This document shows, piece after piece, positions 26,880-36,512 of a DNA stretch of 64,000 nucleotides. Source of the DNA: Paracoccaceae bacterium. GTDB taxonomy: Bacteria; Pseudomonadota; Alphaproteobacteria; Rhodobacterales; Rhodobacteraceae. The notes beneath the pieces are model-generated. The model made no database searches, was not told the DNA's origin, and saw only the letters and a list, made by a program, of their open reading frames with translations. The stretch spans positions 51,470-115,469 of the forward strand of contig JAWLCA010000013.1 in the NCBI GenBank assembly GCA_041687395.1. The letters are read 5' to 3'. The position numbers and the translations under genes were made by a program. Each line of letters opens with the position of its first letter. The first letter of the stretch is position 1.

Positions 26880-27036
26880 AAACCGGCTGCCACCCTTTAC
26901 ACCTGCGATGGGAGGTAACCCCACCGTCTTGAATTCACTTCCTAAAAAAAACACTCGCCACCTGACCACCGGTTCAATGGATTGAGAGGCAAAATCGACG
27001 CTAGATCATCGTGCCCCAACAGGATGGAGAACGGAG

Positions 27037-27987
27037 ATGACAATTGCAAGGGAACGGATGCTGGCGCGCATCGGCAAGCAACTGTGGCTTACGGAAGGCG
27101 GTCTGGAGACCGAACTGGTCTTTCACGACGGGATCGAGCTGCCGCACTTCGCAGCCTTTACGCTGCTGGAAAGTGTCGCGGGCCGCGCGAGGCTTGCGCG
27201 CTATGCCATGGGGTATCTGGAGGCTGCGGCGGAGTTGGGGCGCGGATTTATCCTCGACACCCAGACTTGGCGCGCCAGCCACGGCTGGGGTGCGAAGATG
27301 GGCTTGACGGCCGCGCGCATCGCCGAGATCAACGCAGACGCCACGCAATTCCTGCAGGACTTGCGGGCCCGGCGCGGGGCGCAGGCAAGGCACATCCTTG
27401 TCAACGGGATCATCGGTCCCGTGGGCGACGGCTACGCGCCGGATCGGCAGATGACCGTGGCCGCTGCGCAGGCCTACCACCAGCCGCAGGTGTCGGCCCT
27501 TGCCGCGGCTCGGGTGGACTTGGCGACAGCGATGACGATGACGCATGTCGAGGAAGCCATCGGCGTGACGCTTGCCGCGCGCGCGGCGCGGGTGCCCTTT
27601 GTCTGCTCGTTCACGGTGGAGACGGACGGTCACCTGCCGTCCGGCATGGCGCTGGAAGAGGCGATCGCCCGCGTCGATGCGGTCACTTCTGGCTGGCCGA
27701 TGTGGTTCGGGATCAACTGCGCCCATCCCGAACACTTCCGCGACCGGCTGAGGGGCGACTGGGTGGCGCGGATCGGGGCGCTGCGGGCGAATGCCTCGCG
27801 CAAGAGCCACGCGGAACTGGACGCATCGGGGGAACTGGATGCCGGCGATCCCCATGAACTGGGGCAGGATTACGCTGCGCTGAGGCATCTTCTTCCTGGC
27901 CTGCGCGTGATCGGCGGGTGCTGTGGCACGGATCTGCGGCACATCATGGCCATCGGCGGGGCCTGCAATCACCGCAAGGCAGCATGA
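27037..27987 (+). CDS. Homocysteine S-methyltransferase family protein
   Basis: 316 aa. N-terminal LTEGGLETELVF and the C-terminal zinc-ligand motif GGCCGTD are present. Confidence 0.8.
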   Translation: MTIARERMLARIGKQLWLTEGGLETELVFHDGIELPHFAAFTLLESVAGRARLARYAMGYLEAAAELGRGFILDTQTWRASHGWGAKMGLTAARIAEINADATQFLQDLRARRGAQARHILVNGIIGPVGDGYAPDRQMTVAAAQAYHQPQVSALAAARVDLATAMTMTHVEEAIGVTLAARAARVPFVCSFTVETDGHLPSGMALEEAIARVDAVTSGWPMWFGINCAHPEHFRDRLRGDWVARIGALRANASRKSHAELDASGELDAGDPHELGQDYAALRHLLPGLRVIGGCCGTDLRHIMAIGGACNHRKAA

Positions 27988-27997
27988 GGACGTCGAG

Positions 27998-28576
27998 ATG
28001 GCAGAAATCACGACCCGCCCCGCCACACCGGCCGACTGCGCCGATCTGGCTCGCCTGATCGATCTGGCCGGCGAGGGGCTTCCGCGGCTGCTATGGTCCC
28101 GGATGGCAGAGCCGGGAGAGGATGTCTGGGACGTGGGCGCACGACGTGCGGCGCGCGACGAGGGCAGTTTCAGCTGGCGGAACGCGCGCATCGCAGAGGT
28201 CGACGGTCAGGTCGCCGGCGCCATCGTGACCTATCGTGTGGGCGCGCCAGAGCCGGTGGAGGACCTGCCGCAGGAGGTGCGCAGCCTGCAGGTTCTGGAA
28301 GATCTGGTGCCGGGAACGCGCTACGTGAACGTGCTGGCCGCTTACGCGCCGTTTCGCGGCGGGGGGATTGGCACGCGCCTTCTGGCCGAGGTCGAGGATG
28401 GCGACATGTCGATCATCGTGGCCGACCGGAACCTGCCGGCAGTGCGCCTCTATCTTGCCACCGGCTATGTCGAACAGGCCCGCGCGCCGGTTGAGGGAGA
28501 CTGGGGTTGCGAAAGCCGCGAATGGGTGCTGCTGACCAAGCGGGCGGCCCTTGCCAAGGGTGGTGGAACGGCGTAA
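27998..28576 (+). CDS. GNAT-family N-acetyltransferase
   Basis: Internal start [20 protein letters not shown]. Acetyl-CoA motif [11 protein letters not shown] present. Confidence 0.8.
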   Translation: MAEITTRPATPADCADLARLIDLAGEGLPRLLWSRMAEPGEDVWDVGARRAARDEGSFSWRNARIAEVDGQVAGAIVTYRVGAPEPVEDLPQEVRSLQVLEDLVPGTRYVNVLAAYAPFRGGGIGTRLLAEVEDGDMSIIVADRNLPAVRLYLATGYVEQARAPVEGDWGCESREWVLLTKRAALAKGGGTA

Positions 28577-28694
28577 AGCGCGCGTACTTCACAGGCTGGG
28601 TGAGGGCCTGACGGGGGAGACATCCCCGCAGGTCCACCGGTTGGGGGAAACCCTGAAACACCCTGCCGAGGCGCAAACCGGAAAGGAAATGGAC

Positions 28695-29462
28695 ATGGCG
28701 CTCCCCGATTTCTCCATGCGTCAGCTGCTTGAAGCTGGCGTTCACTACGGCCACCAGACGCAACGCTGGAACCCCCGCATGGGCGAGTTCATCTACGGCG
28801 CGCGCAACGGCATCCACATCATCGACCTGACGCAGACCGTTCCGATGATGGATGCCGCACTTCAGGTGGTGCGCGACACCGTGGCCAAGGGCGGCCGCAT
28901 CCTGTTCGTCGGCACCAAGCGGCAGGCCCAGAAGCCGATCGCCGAGGCGGCCGAGAAATGCGCCCAGTACTACATGAACCACCGCTGGCTGGGCGGTACG
29001 CTGACGAACTGGAAGACCGTGTCACAGTCGATCCAGCGCCTCAAGCAGATCGACGAGATTCTGGGCGGCGGCGCAGAAGGCATGACCAAGAAGGAACGCC
29101 TGGGCCTTGAGCGGGAACAGGGCAAGCTGCAGGCCTCGCTTGGTGGTATCCGCGAGATGGGTGGTGTGCCTGACCTTCTGTTCGTGATCGACGTCAACAA
29201 GGAAGACCTGGCCGTTCTGGAGGCCCGTAAGCTGGGCATCCCGGTCGTCGCCGTGGTCGACACCAACTGCTCGCCTGACGGGGTAGACTACATCATCCCC
29301 GGCAACGATGACGCCGCCCGTGCCATCGGTCTGTATTGCGACCTGGCAGCGCGTGCCGCCCTTGACGGCATGTCCGCGCAGCTTGGTGCCGCAGGCGTCG
29401 ATCTTGGCGCACTGGAAGAGGCACCCGCCGAGGAAGCCGTCGCCGATACCGAACGGGCCTGA
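28695..29462 (+). CDS. rpsB: 30S ribosomal protein S2
   Basis: [29 protein letters not shown]... The listed ORF is 5'-over-extended. An alternative start 6 nt upstream gives MDMALP. Confidence 0.95.
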   Translation: MALPDFSMRQLLEAGVHYGHQTQRWNPRMGEFIYGARNGIHIIDLTQTVPMMDAALQVVRDTVAKGGRILFVGTKRQAQKPIAEAAEKCAQYYMNHRWLGGTLTNWKTVSQSIQRLKQIDEILGGGAEGMTKKERLGLEREQGKLQASLGGIREMGGVPDLLFVIDVNKEDLAVLEARKLGIPVVAVVDTNCSPDGVDYIIPGNDDAARAIGLYCDLAARAALDGMSAQLGAAGVDLGALEEAPAEEAVADTERA

Positions 29463-29533
29463 GGCCGTTCACATCACTGTCGCAGGGCAGGGATACCCCC
29501 GCCCGGCACAACCTATTTGCAAGGAGAGCCAAG

Positions 29534-30409
29534 ATGGCGATCACCGCTCAGATGGTGAAAGAGCTGCGCGACACCACCGGCGCAGGCATGATGGACGCGA
29601 AGAAGGCCCTGACCGAAACCAGCGGCGACATGGAAGCCGCGGTGGACTGGCTGCGGACCAAGGGCTTGGCGAAAGCCGCGAAGAAATCCGGCCGCATCGC
29701 GGCCGAGGGCCTCGTCGGCGTGGCCGTCGAGGGCGGCCGCGGGGTTGCGGTCGAGGTGAACTCGGAAACCGATTTCGTCGGCAAAAACGCCGAATTTCAG
29801 GCGATGGTGCGCGACATCACCGGCACCGCGCTGGGCGTGTCGGACATCGACGCGCTGAAGGCCGCCGATCTGGGCGGCAAGCCTGTCGAAACGGTCCTGA
29901 CCGACGCCATCGCCAAGATCGGCGAGAACATGACCCTGCGCCGGATGGAGGCGATCGAGGGCGAGACGGTCGTGTCCTATGTCCACAACGCGGCCGCCGA
30001 CGGCCTCGGCAAGATCGGCGTTCTGGTTGCGCTGAAAGGCACCGACAACGGCATCGGCAAGCAGATCGCCATGCACGTCGCGGCCACCAGCCCGGCCTCG
30101 CTGTCCGAGGCCGACCTGGACCCCGCTCTGATCGAGCGTGAGAAGGCCGTGCTCAGCGAACAGGCCCGCGAAAGCGGCAAGCCCGAAGCGGTGATCGAGA
30201 AGATGATCGTCGGCCGCATGGCAAAGTTCTTCGAGGAAGTCACGCTGCTGGGCCAGAAGTTCGTCATCAACCCCGACGTGACCGTCGGTCAGGCCGCCAA
30301 GGATGCGGGCGTGGAAGTGACCGGCTTCGTCCGCATGGCCGTGGGCGAAGGCATCGAGAAAAAAGAAGAGGACTTCGCCGCCGAGGTCGCAAAGACCCTG
30401 GCCGGCTGA
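29534..30409 (+). CDS. tsf: Translation elongation factor Ts
   Basis: [26 protein letters not shown]... Confidence 0.95.
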   Translation: MAITAQMVKELRDTTGAGMMDAKKALTETSGDMEAAVDWLRTKGLAKAAKKSGRIAAEGLVGVAVEGGRGVAVEVNSETDFVGKNAEFQAMVRDITGTALGVSDIDALKAADLGGKPVETVLTDAIAKIGENMTLRRMEAIEGETVVSYVHNAAADGLGKIGVLVALKGTDNGIGKQIAMHVAATSPASLSEADLDPALIEREKAVLSEQARESGKPEAVIEKMIVGRMAKFFEEVTLLGQKFVINPDVTVGQAAKDAGVEVTGFVRMAVGEGIEKKEEDFAAEVAKTLAG

Positions 30410-30444
30410 GGACCCGCAACGGGGTCGCCAGACCCCGGACCTTG

Positions 30445-30477
30445 CGCCGCCGGACCCTCGTGTTCGGCGGCGTTTTT
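30445..30477 (+). terminator. Intrinsic terminator after tsf
   Basis: cgccgccg(30445-52), 12-nt loop, cggcggcg(30465-72), followed by ttttt. Confidence 0.7.
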
Positions 30478-30491
30478 CATGGGAGAATGGC

Positions 30492-31676
30492 ATGAGTGAA
30501 CACTGGGACGTGGTGATTGCCGGCGGCGCGGTGATGGGCGCTTCGGCGGCCTATTGGCTGACGCGGATGCACCCCGGTCTGCGTGTTCTCGTGGCCGAGA
30601 TGGACCCGACCTATGCGCGGTCTTCCACCGCGCTCTCCGTGGCATCAATCCGGCACCAGTTCAGCAACCCCGTGAACGTAGAGATCAGCCGGTTCGGGTT
30701 TGATTTCATTCGTGATTTCCAGGAAAGTATTGGTGCTTTGGCGGGCGTTCCGGACCTGGGCCTGAAAGAGAATGGCTATCTGTTCCTTGCCGGCTCCGCA
30801 GATGCGGCCGCGGTGATGACCGAGGTGGCGGCGATGCAGCGGCAGCACGGCGGCCTGACCGAGGTGCTGGACCGTGACGCCATTGCGGCGCGGTTTCCCT
30901 GGCTGAATCTTGGCGACGTCGTCGCGGGATCCTTTGGGCCGAAGCGCGAAGGGTGGTTCGATAACATGGGGTTATTGAACGGTTTTCGCGCTGCGGCGCG
31001 GACGCAGGGGGCGGTGTTCGTGACCGACCGCGTGGTGGGCGCCGTCAGGGAAGGCGACCGGCTGACCGCAGTGCGGTTGGCAGAGCGGGGAGAGGTCACC
31101 TGTGGCGCGGTCGTCAACGCCATGGGCACGCGGGCGGCGGAGCTGCTGCGCTGGCTGGGCGAGGACCTGGCGGTAGAGCCTAGGAAACGCACGGTTTTCC
31201 TGATCGACGCGCCGAATGCGAAACATCCGGAGGCGCCGCTGCTTGTGGATCATACGGGGTTCTACATTCGGCCCGAGGGGGACGGGCAGTGGATCACCGC
31301 CATCGTGCCCGAGGACGATGGCCCCGTGGACGCGGAGGATTTCGAGCCCCGGCATCAGGATTTCGAAGACCTGATCTGGGAGCGACTCTACAACCGTTGT
31401 GCGGGCTTCGACGCGGTGAAGGTGCTGCGGTTCTGGGTTGGGCACTACGCCTATAACACATTGGACCAGAACGCTATTCTGGGGCCGCACCCGCATATCC
31501 CCAACCTGTTCCTGATGAACGGTTTTTCCGGCCACGGGCTGCAACAGGCCCCTGCCGTGGGGCGCGGGATCGCCGAGGTGCTACTGACCGGGGCCTATCA
31601 GACATTGGACCTGTCGGAGCTGGGCGTGGCGCGGATGCTGGAGCGGCGGCCGTTCGCAGAGCGGGCCATCGTCTAG
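30492..31676 (+). CDS. FAD-dependent oxidoreductase (DAO family)
   Basis: N-terminal dinucleotide fold WDVVIAGGAVMGASAAYWL. 394 aa. Confidence 0.75.
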   Translation: MSEHWDVVIAGGAVMGASAAYWLTRMHPGLRVLVAEMDPTYARSSTALSVASIRHQFSNPVNVEISRFGFDFIRDFQESIGALAGVPDLGLKENGYLFLAGSADAAAVMTEVAAMQRQHGGLTEVLDRDAIAARFPWLNLGDVVAGSFGPKREGWFDNMGLLNGFRAAARTQGAVFVTDRVVGAVREGDRLTAVRLAERGEVTCGAVVNAMGTRAAELLRWLGEDLAVEPRKRTVFLIDAPNAKHPEAPLLVDHTGFYIRPEGDGQWITAIVPEDDGPVDAEDFEPRHQDFEDLIWERLYNRCAGFDAVKVLRFWVGHYAYNTLDQNAILGPHPHIPNLFLMNGFSGHGLQQAPAVGRGIAEVLLTGAYQTLDLSELGVARMLERRPFAERAIV

Positions 31677-31773
31677 CGGGTGCGAACGGTGGGGAACCGA
31701 AAGGCGCAACACCCGGCGGTGTACGGGACTGCAAGCCACGGAAAAGGCTGGAGAATGGGGTGCCATTAATGCG

Positions 31774-31805
31774 CCACCACCCTGCCACCAACCTGCCACC
31801 ACCTG
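31774..31805. repeat. Short tandem repeat, about 11 nt x3 (CCACCANCCTG)
   Basis: ccaccaccctg ccaccaacctg ccaccacctg, in a convergent intergenic region. Confidence 0.7.
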
Positions 31806-31835
31806 TATGCTTTGCAAAAGACTCGGGAATAGCGG

Positions 31836-32678
31836 CTAGAGGCCGACCAGCGCCCTGACCTGCACCGGGGTCATCCCGTCGTCGCGGTAGCGGCGGATCG
31901 CGCGGGCGTCGTCGCGTTTGGCCAGCCGCTTGCCCGCCTCATCGCGGATCAGGCGGTGGTGATGGTAGGCGGGAACGGGCAAGGCAAGCAGGCTTTGCAG
32001 CAGGACGTGAATTGGCGTGGCGGGTTGCAGATCGGCGCCGCGCACCACCTCGGTGATCGCCTGTTCGGCATCGTCCACGACGACGGCCAAGTGATAGGAG
32101 GTGCCGATGTCACGGCGCGCCAGCACCACGTCGCCCACGCCCGCAATCATCGCGGCGGGATCGAAACGGTGGCGGTCGGCACCCTGCCCCGTCTCTGTCC
32201 ACTCCGGCACGACCACCAGCGCTGTCAGCGCGGCAGCCATATCGAGGCGCACGGCCGTATCGTCCCTGACTGGCAGGCCCTTGTGGCGGCAGGTGCCGGG
32301 ATAGACCGGGCCGTCGGGGCCCATCGCGCCCTCTTGCGGGGCCGACAGGGCGGCGCGGATGTCGGCGCGGGTGCAGGTGCAGGCATAGGTCAGGCCCATG
32401 TCGGCCAGCCGGGCCAGCGCCGCGTCATAGGCGGCGCGGCGGGCGGACTGACGCATCACAGGCTCGGGCCAGGTGAGGCCCAGCCAGCGCAGGTCGTCGA
32501 AGATCGCGGCCTCATACTCCGGGCGGCAGCGGGCGGTGTCGATATCCTCGATCCGCAGCAGGAAGGTGCCGCCGGCCCGCGCGGCGCGGTCGAACGCGGT
32601 AAGGGCTGAGAAGGCGTGGCCAAGATGCAGAAGGCCGGTGGGCGACGGCGCGAAGCGGGTGACGTAGTCAGGCGGCAT
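31836..32678 (-). CDS. gluQ: tRNA glutamyl-Q(34) synthetase
   Basis: Internal start [26 protein letters not shown] (HIGH motif). 280 aa, a truncated GluRS-like protein. Confidence 0.85.
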   Translation of the reverse strand: MPPDYVTRFAPSPTGLLHLGHAFSALTAFDRAARAGGTFLLRIEDIDTARCRPEYEAAIFDDLRWLGLTWPEPVMRQSARRAAYDAALARLADMGLTYACTCTRADIRAALSAPQEGAMGPDGPVYPGTCRHKGLPVRDDTAVRLDMAAALTALVVVPEWTETGQGADRHRFDPAAMIAGVGDVVLARRDIGTSYHLAVVVDDAEQAITEVVRGADLQPATPIHVLLQSLLALPVPAYHHHRLIRDEAGKRLAKRDDARAIRRYRDDGMTPVQVRALVGL

Positions 32679-34017
32679 CCTGCCGGGCCTGTCCCAGCCA
32701 GTCCAAGAACGCGGCCTTGGCGCGGTCGGTATAGGCCTTGTAGCGATCCTTGCGCCCGCGCCGACCGCCCTTGGCATCCACCGGCGGAAACAGGCCGAAA
32801 TTCACGTTCATCGGCTGGAATGTCCTGGCATCCGCCCCGCCGGAGATGTGGTTGACCAGCGCGCCCATCGCGGTTTCGGGCGGCGGCGGAGTGAGGGGGC
32901 GGCCAAGGATCTCGGCCACGGCAAGGCGCCCGGCCAGGAGGCCCATCGCGGCGGATTCGACATAGCCCTCAACCCCCGTGATCTGCCCTGCGAAGCGGAT
33001 ATGTGGACGGGATTTCAGGCGCATCTGACCGTTAAGCAGGCTGGGCGAGTTGATGAAGGTGTTGCGGTGGATGCCGCCAAGGCGCGCGAAGGACGCATCC
33101 TGTAAGCCGGGGATCATCCGGAAAACAGAGGTTTGCGCGCCGTACTTCATCTTTGTCTGGAAGCCCACGATGTTGTAGAGCGTTCCCAGCGCGTTGTCGC
33201 GGCGCAGTTGCACCACGGCATGGGGCTTCACGTCCGGCTGGTGCGCGTTGGTCAGGCCCACGGGCTTCATCGGGCCGAAGCGCAGGGTTTCGCGGCCACG
33301 CTCGGCCATCACCTCTATCGGAAGGCAGCCGTCGAAATACTGCGCGGTTTCGCCCGGCTTGAACTCGGTCTTGTCGGCTGCCAGCAGGGCGTCGATGAAA
33401 CCCTCGTACTGCGCGCGCGTCATCGGGCAGTTGATGTAGGCAGTGCGCTCTTCTTCGGTCTCGCCCTTGTCGTAGCGCGATTGCGCCCAAGCCACGCCCA
33501 TGTCGATGGTGTCGGCATGGACGATGGGGGCGATGGCGTCGAAGAAGGCAAGCTGATCCCCGGTTTCGGCCCGGATCGCCTGCGCCAGCGCACCGGATGT
33601 CAGCGGACCGGTGGCGATGATCCAGTGGCCGTCTGTCGGCAGGTCGCGGATCTCTCCCGCCTCAACTGTCACATTCGGATGCGCGCGCAGCCGCTTGGTA
33701 ACGCTTTCGGAAAAGGCATCCCGATCCACCGCCAGAGCACCGCCTGCGGGCAGGGAATGGGCATCGGCCATGGCCATGATCAGACCACCGGCGGCGCGCA
33801 TTTCCCAATGCAGCAGGCCCACGGCGTTCTGCTCGTCATCGTCCGACCGAAACGAGTTGGAGCAGACCATTTCGGCCAGGTCGCCCGTCCTGTGGGCAAA
33901 GGTACCGACATGGGGGCGCATTTCGTGGATCACGACAGGCACGCCTGCCTCGGCCGCCTGCCAGGCTGCCTCGGACCCGGCCATGCCGCCGCCGACGATG
34001 TGAAGTGTCTGTGTCAT
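32668..34017 (-). CDS. trmFO: Methylenetetrahydrofolate--tRNA-(uracil54-C5)-methyltransferase
   Basis: [20 protein letters not shown]... 449 aa with TrmFO/Gid blocks. Confidence 0.92.
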   Translation of the reverse strand: MTQTLHIVGGGMAGSEAAWQAAEAGVPVVIHEMRPHVGTFAHRTGDLAEMVCSNSFRSDDDEQNAVGLLHWEMRAAGGLIMAMADAHSLPAGGALAVDRDAFSESVTKRLRAHPNVTVEAGEIRDLPTDGHWIIATGPLTSGALAQAIRAETGDQLAFFDAIAPIVHADTIDMGVAWAQSRYDKGETEEERTAYINCPMTRAQYEGFIDALLAADKTEFKPGETAQYFDGCLPIEVMAERGRETLRFGPMKPVGLTNAHQPDVKPHAVVQLRRDNALGTLYNIVGFQTKMKYGAQTSVFRMIPGLQDASFARLGGIHRNTFINSPSLLNGQMRLKSRPHIRFAGQITGVEGYVESAAMGLLAGRLAVAEILGRPLTPPPPETAMGALVNHISGGADARTFQPMNVNFGLFPPVDAKGGRRGRKDRYKAYTDRAKAAFLDWLGQARQDAA

Positions 34018-34122
34018 GGGCCGGATCTAACGCCTGACGCAGCCGTTGGGAAGGCCACATCCGGCTGGACCTTGACGCGCGCATGGGCCATATCGGGGGC
34101 GACGGTTGCGAAAGGACGGAAC

Positions 34123-34497
34123 ATGGAACTGCTCAAGCGCCTGCTGACCTGGTGGAACGGTCAGACGCTCGGCACCCAGATCTTCACCTGGCGCAAGGGC
34201 GAGAAGGTCGGCGAGGATGCGCAGGGCAACGTGTTCTACCAAACCCGCGACGGAAAGCGCCGCTGGGTGATCTACAAGGGCGAGTCCGAGGCGAGCCGGA
34301 TCAGCCCGGACTGGCACGGCTGGATGCATTTCACCTGGGACACGCCGCCGACCGAGGCGCCGCTGAAGCACAAGTCCTGGGAAAAGCCGCATCAGGAGAA
34401 CCTGACCGGCACGGCGCTGGCCTACGTTCCCGCAGGCTCGATCCGCCGGGTGGAACCCAAGGAGCGCCGGGACTACGAGGCCTGGCGCCCGGAATAG
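34123..34497 (+). CDS. NADH:ubiquinone oxidoreductase subunit NDUFA12-family protein
   Basis: [40 protein letters not shown]... The start at 34123 is in frame with ORF 33133..34497. Confidence 0.8.
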   Translation: MELLKRLLTWWNGQTLGTQIFTWRKGEKVGEDAQGNVFYQTRDGKRRWVIYKGESEASRISPDWHGWMHFTWDTPPTEAPLKHKSWEKPHQENLTGTALAYVPAGSIRRVEPKERRDYEAWRPE

Positions 34498-34500
34498 GAC

Positions 34501-34866
34501 ATGCGGATCATGGCATGGGGCGTGCTGGCCGCTGCGCTGGCGCTGGGGCAGCCCGTGGGGGCGCAGGCAGTGGACGGCACCGGGGCGGTGCTGCGCTGGC
34601 TGGACAAGGTCTCGGGCGAGTCGGTGGACATCGAGTTGCCGGTGGGCGAATTCCGCGTGCAGGGGCGCCTGACGATCACCCTGAACGCCTGCCGCTATCC
34701 TCAGGGCAGCGCGCCGACAGACGCCTATGCCCACCTCACCATCCATGACGGTCTGGTCACTACCGGGCCGGTTTTCGCGGGCTGGATGGTCGCCGCTAGC
34801 CCCGCGCTGCACGCCCTGGACCATTCGCGCTACGACGTCTGGGTGATCCGCTGCACCACCCCCTGA
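34501..34866 (+). CDS. DUF2155 domain-containing periplasmic protein
   Basis: 121 aa with a signal peptide, then LRWLDKVSGESVDIELPVGE.... Confidence 0.65.
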   Translation: MRIMAWGVLAAALALGQPVGAQAVDGTGAVLRWLDKVSGESVDIELPVGEFRVQGRLTITLNACRYPQGSAPTDAYAHLTIHDGLVTTGPVFAGWMVAASPALHALDHSRYDVWVIRCTTP

Positions 34867-35492
34867 GGGGTCGGGACAGCAGCCTTGGCATCGAAGGTGG
34901 CCGGGAGGCTGATCGCCTCGGCCAACCGCTGGCGATAGCTGGCCCGCGGAATTTCGATCGCGCCGAGGCTGGCGAGATGTTCGGTCAGGAACTGTGCGTC
35001 GAAGAGCGTGAAGCCCCCCTGAAGGAGGCGATGCACAAGGTAGGCCAGCGCGATCTTCGAGGCGTCGGTGCGGCGCGAGAACATGCTTTCGCCGAAGAAG
35101 GCCCCCCCCAGCACCACGCCATACACCCCGCCGACAAGCACGCCGTCGATCCAGACCTCGACGCAATGCGCCTGTCCGCGCCGGTGCAGGTCAAGGTAGA
35201 GCGCATGGATCTGGTCGTTGATCCACGTCTCCTCGCGCTCGGCACAGGCGTCGACGACGGCGGCAAAATCATGGTCGAACCGCACCTCGTACCCGCCGCG
35301 CAGGATCCGGCGGCGCAGCGAACGCGAGATGTGGAAGCCATCAAGCGGGATGATCCCGCGGCGGCGGGGATCGATCCAGTGCACTTCGGCGCTGTCGCGC
35401 GCCTCGGCCATCGGGAAAATCCCGACGGCATAGGCGCGCATCAGCAGATCGGGCGTCAGGCGGACGGTCATCGGTTCGGCCGGGTTTGCCAA
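34830..35492 (-). CDS. aat: Leucyl/phenylalanyl-tRNA--protein transferase
   Basis: LLMRAYAVGIFPMAE... and GESMFS... blocks. The 3' end overlaps the convergent DUF2155 gene by 37 nt. Confidence 0.88.
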   Translation of the reverse strand: MANPAEPMTVRLTPDLLMRAYAVGIFPMAEARDSAEVHWIDPRRRGIIPLDGFHISRSLRRRILRGGYEVRFDHDFAAVVDACAEREETWINDQIHALYLDLHRRGQAHCVEVWIDGVLVGGVYGVVLGGAFFGESMFSRRTDASKIALAYLVHRLLQGGFTLFDAQFLTEHLASLGAIEIPRASYRQRLAEAISLPATFDAKAAVPTPQGVVQRITQTS

Positions 35493-35534
35493 GTCGCCCC
35501 GATGTGACCGCCCTGCCCCGCACTTGGCAAGTCC

Positions 35535-36413
35535 TCAGGACTTCGACAAGGCGCGCAGCCGGTGGATCAGCGACGAGGTGTCGTAGCGCCCGCCGCCCAT
35601 CTGCTGCACGTCCTTGTAGAACTGATCGACCAACGCGGTGACCGGCAGCGGCGCGCCGATCTCGTCGGCGGTGGACAGGCAGATGCCCAGATCCTTGCGC
35701 ATCCAGTCCACGGCGAAGCCGAATTCGAACTTGTCGTCCAGCATCGTCTCGTAGCGGTTCTGCATCTGCCACGACCCGGCGGCGCCCTGGCTGATCACCT
35801 CGACCACCTGGCGGCCGTCCATGCCAGCGAGTTCACCGAAGCGAAGCGCCTCGGCGAGGCCCTGGACCAGGCCCGCGATGCAGATCTGGTTCATCATCTT
35901 GGCGATCTGGCCGGACCCGCTGTCGCCCAGCCGCTTGCAGACCCGATAATACGCCGCCATCACCGGCTCGGCACGGGCAAAGGCGTCTTCCGTGCCGCCG
36001 CACATGATCGACAAGGCGCCATTCTCGGCCCCCGCCTGACCGCCCGAGACGGGCGCATCGACGAAATCGATGCCGTGCTCGGCCGCCAATGCGAACAGTT
36101 CGCGCGTCACCTTGGCCGAAACCGTGGTGTGATCGACGAAGATCGTGCCTGCTGACATGCCCGCAAAGGCGCCGCCGTCGCCGGTGCAGATGCCGCGCAG
36201 GTCGTCGTCATTGCCGACGCAAGCCATGACGAAATCCTGCCCCTCGGCCGCGGCCGCCGGGGTCAGCGCGGCCTTGCCACCGTGCTTTGCCACCCAGGCC
36301 TCGGCCTTTGCGGCGGTGCGGTTGTAGACCGTGACCTCGTGCCCCTTGGCGGCCAGATGGCCGGCCATCGGAAAGCCCATGACCCCCAGTCCCAGAAACG
36401 CTACCTTTGCCAT
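35535..36413 (-). CDS. NAD(P)-dependent beta-hydroxyacid dehydrogenase (3-hydroxyisobutyrate dehydrogenase family)
   Basis: MAKVAFLGLGVMGFPMAGHL... 292 aa. Confidence 0.8.
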   Translation of the reverse strand: MAKVAFLGLGVMGFPMAGHLAAKGHEVTVYNRTAAKAEAWVAKHGGKAALTPAAAAEGQDFVMACVGNDDDLRGICTGDGGAFAGMSAGTIFVDHTTVSAKVTRELFALAAEHGIDFVDAPVSGGQAGAENGALSIMCGGTEDAFARAEPVMAAYYRVCKRLGDSGSGQIAKMMNQICIAGLVQGLAEALRFGELAGMDGRQVVEVISQGAAGSWQMQNRYETMLDDKFEFGFAVDWMRKDLGICLSTADEIGAPLPVTALVDQFYKDVQQMGGGRYDTSSLIHRLRALSKS

Positions 36414-36512
36414 TTTTCTCTCCCTCGCGCTGCGGCGCGGCGTGATTGCATGTGCCGCTCTTTGACCCTAGTTACCGTCAGACACCCCGCCGTCAACCTC
36501 TCGGGACCGTCG

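Noticed and set aside
26872-27036. Possible SAM-II/SAM-type riboswitch ahead of the homocysteine methyltransferase-family gene.
   Set aside because: No recognisable SAM-II pseudoknot consensus is present. The divergent TetR gene and the palindromes explain regulation more simply.
31677-31835. Possible tRNA or small RNA gene in the 159-bp convergent spacer.
   Set aside because: No cloverleaf-compatible acceptor/T-arm pairing and no terminator were found. Only an 11-nt CCACCANCCTG triple repeat is present.
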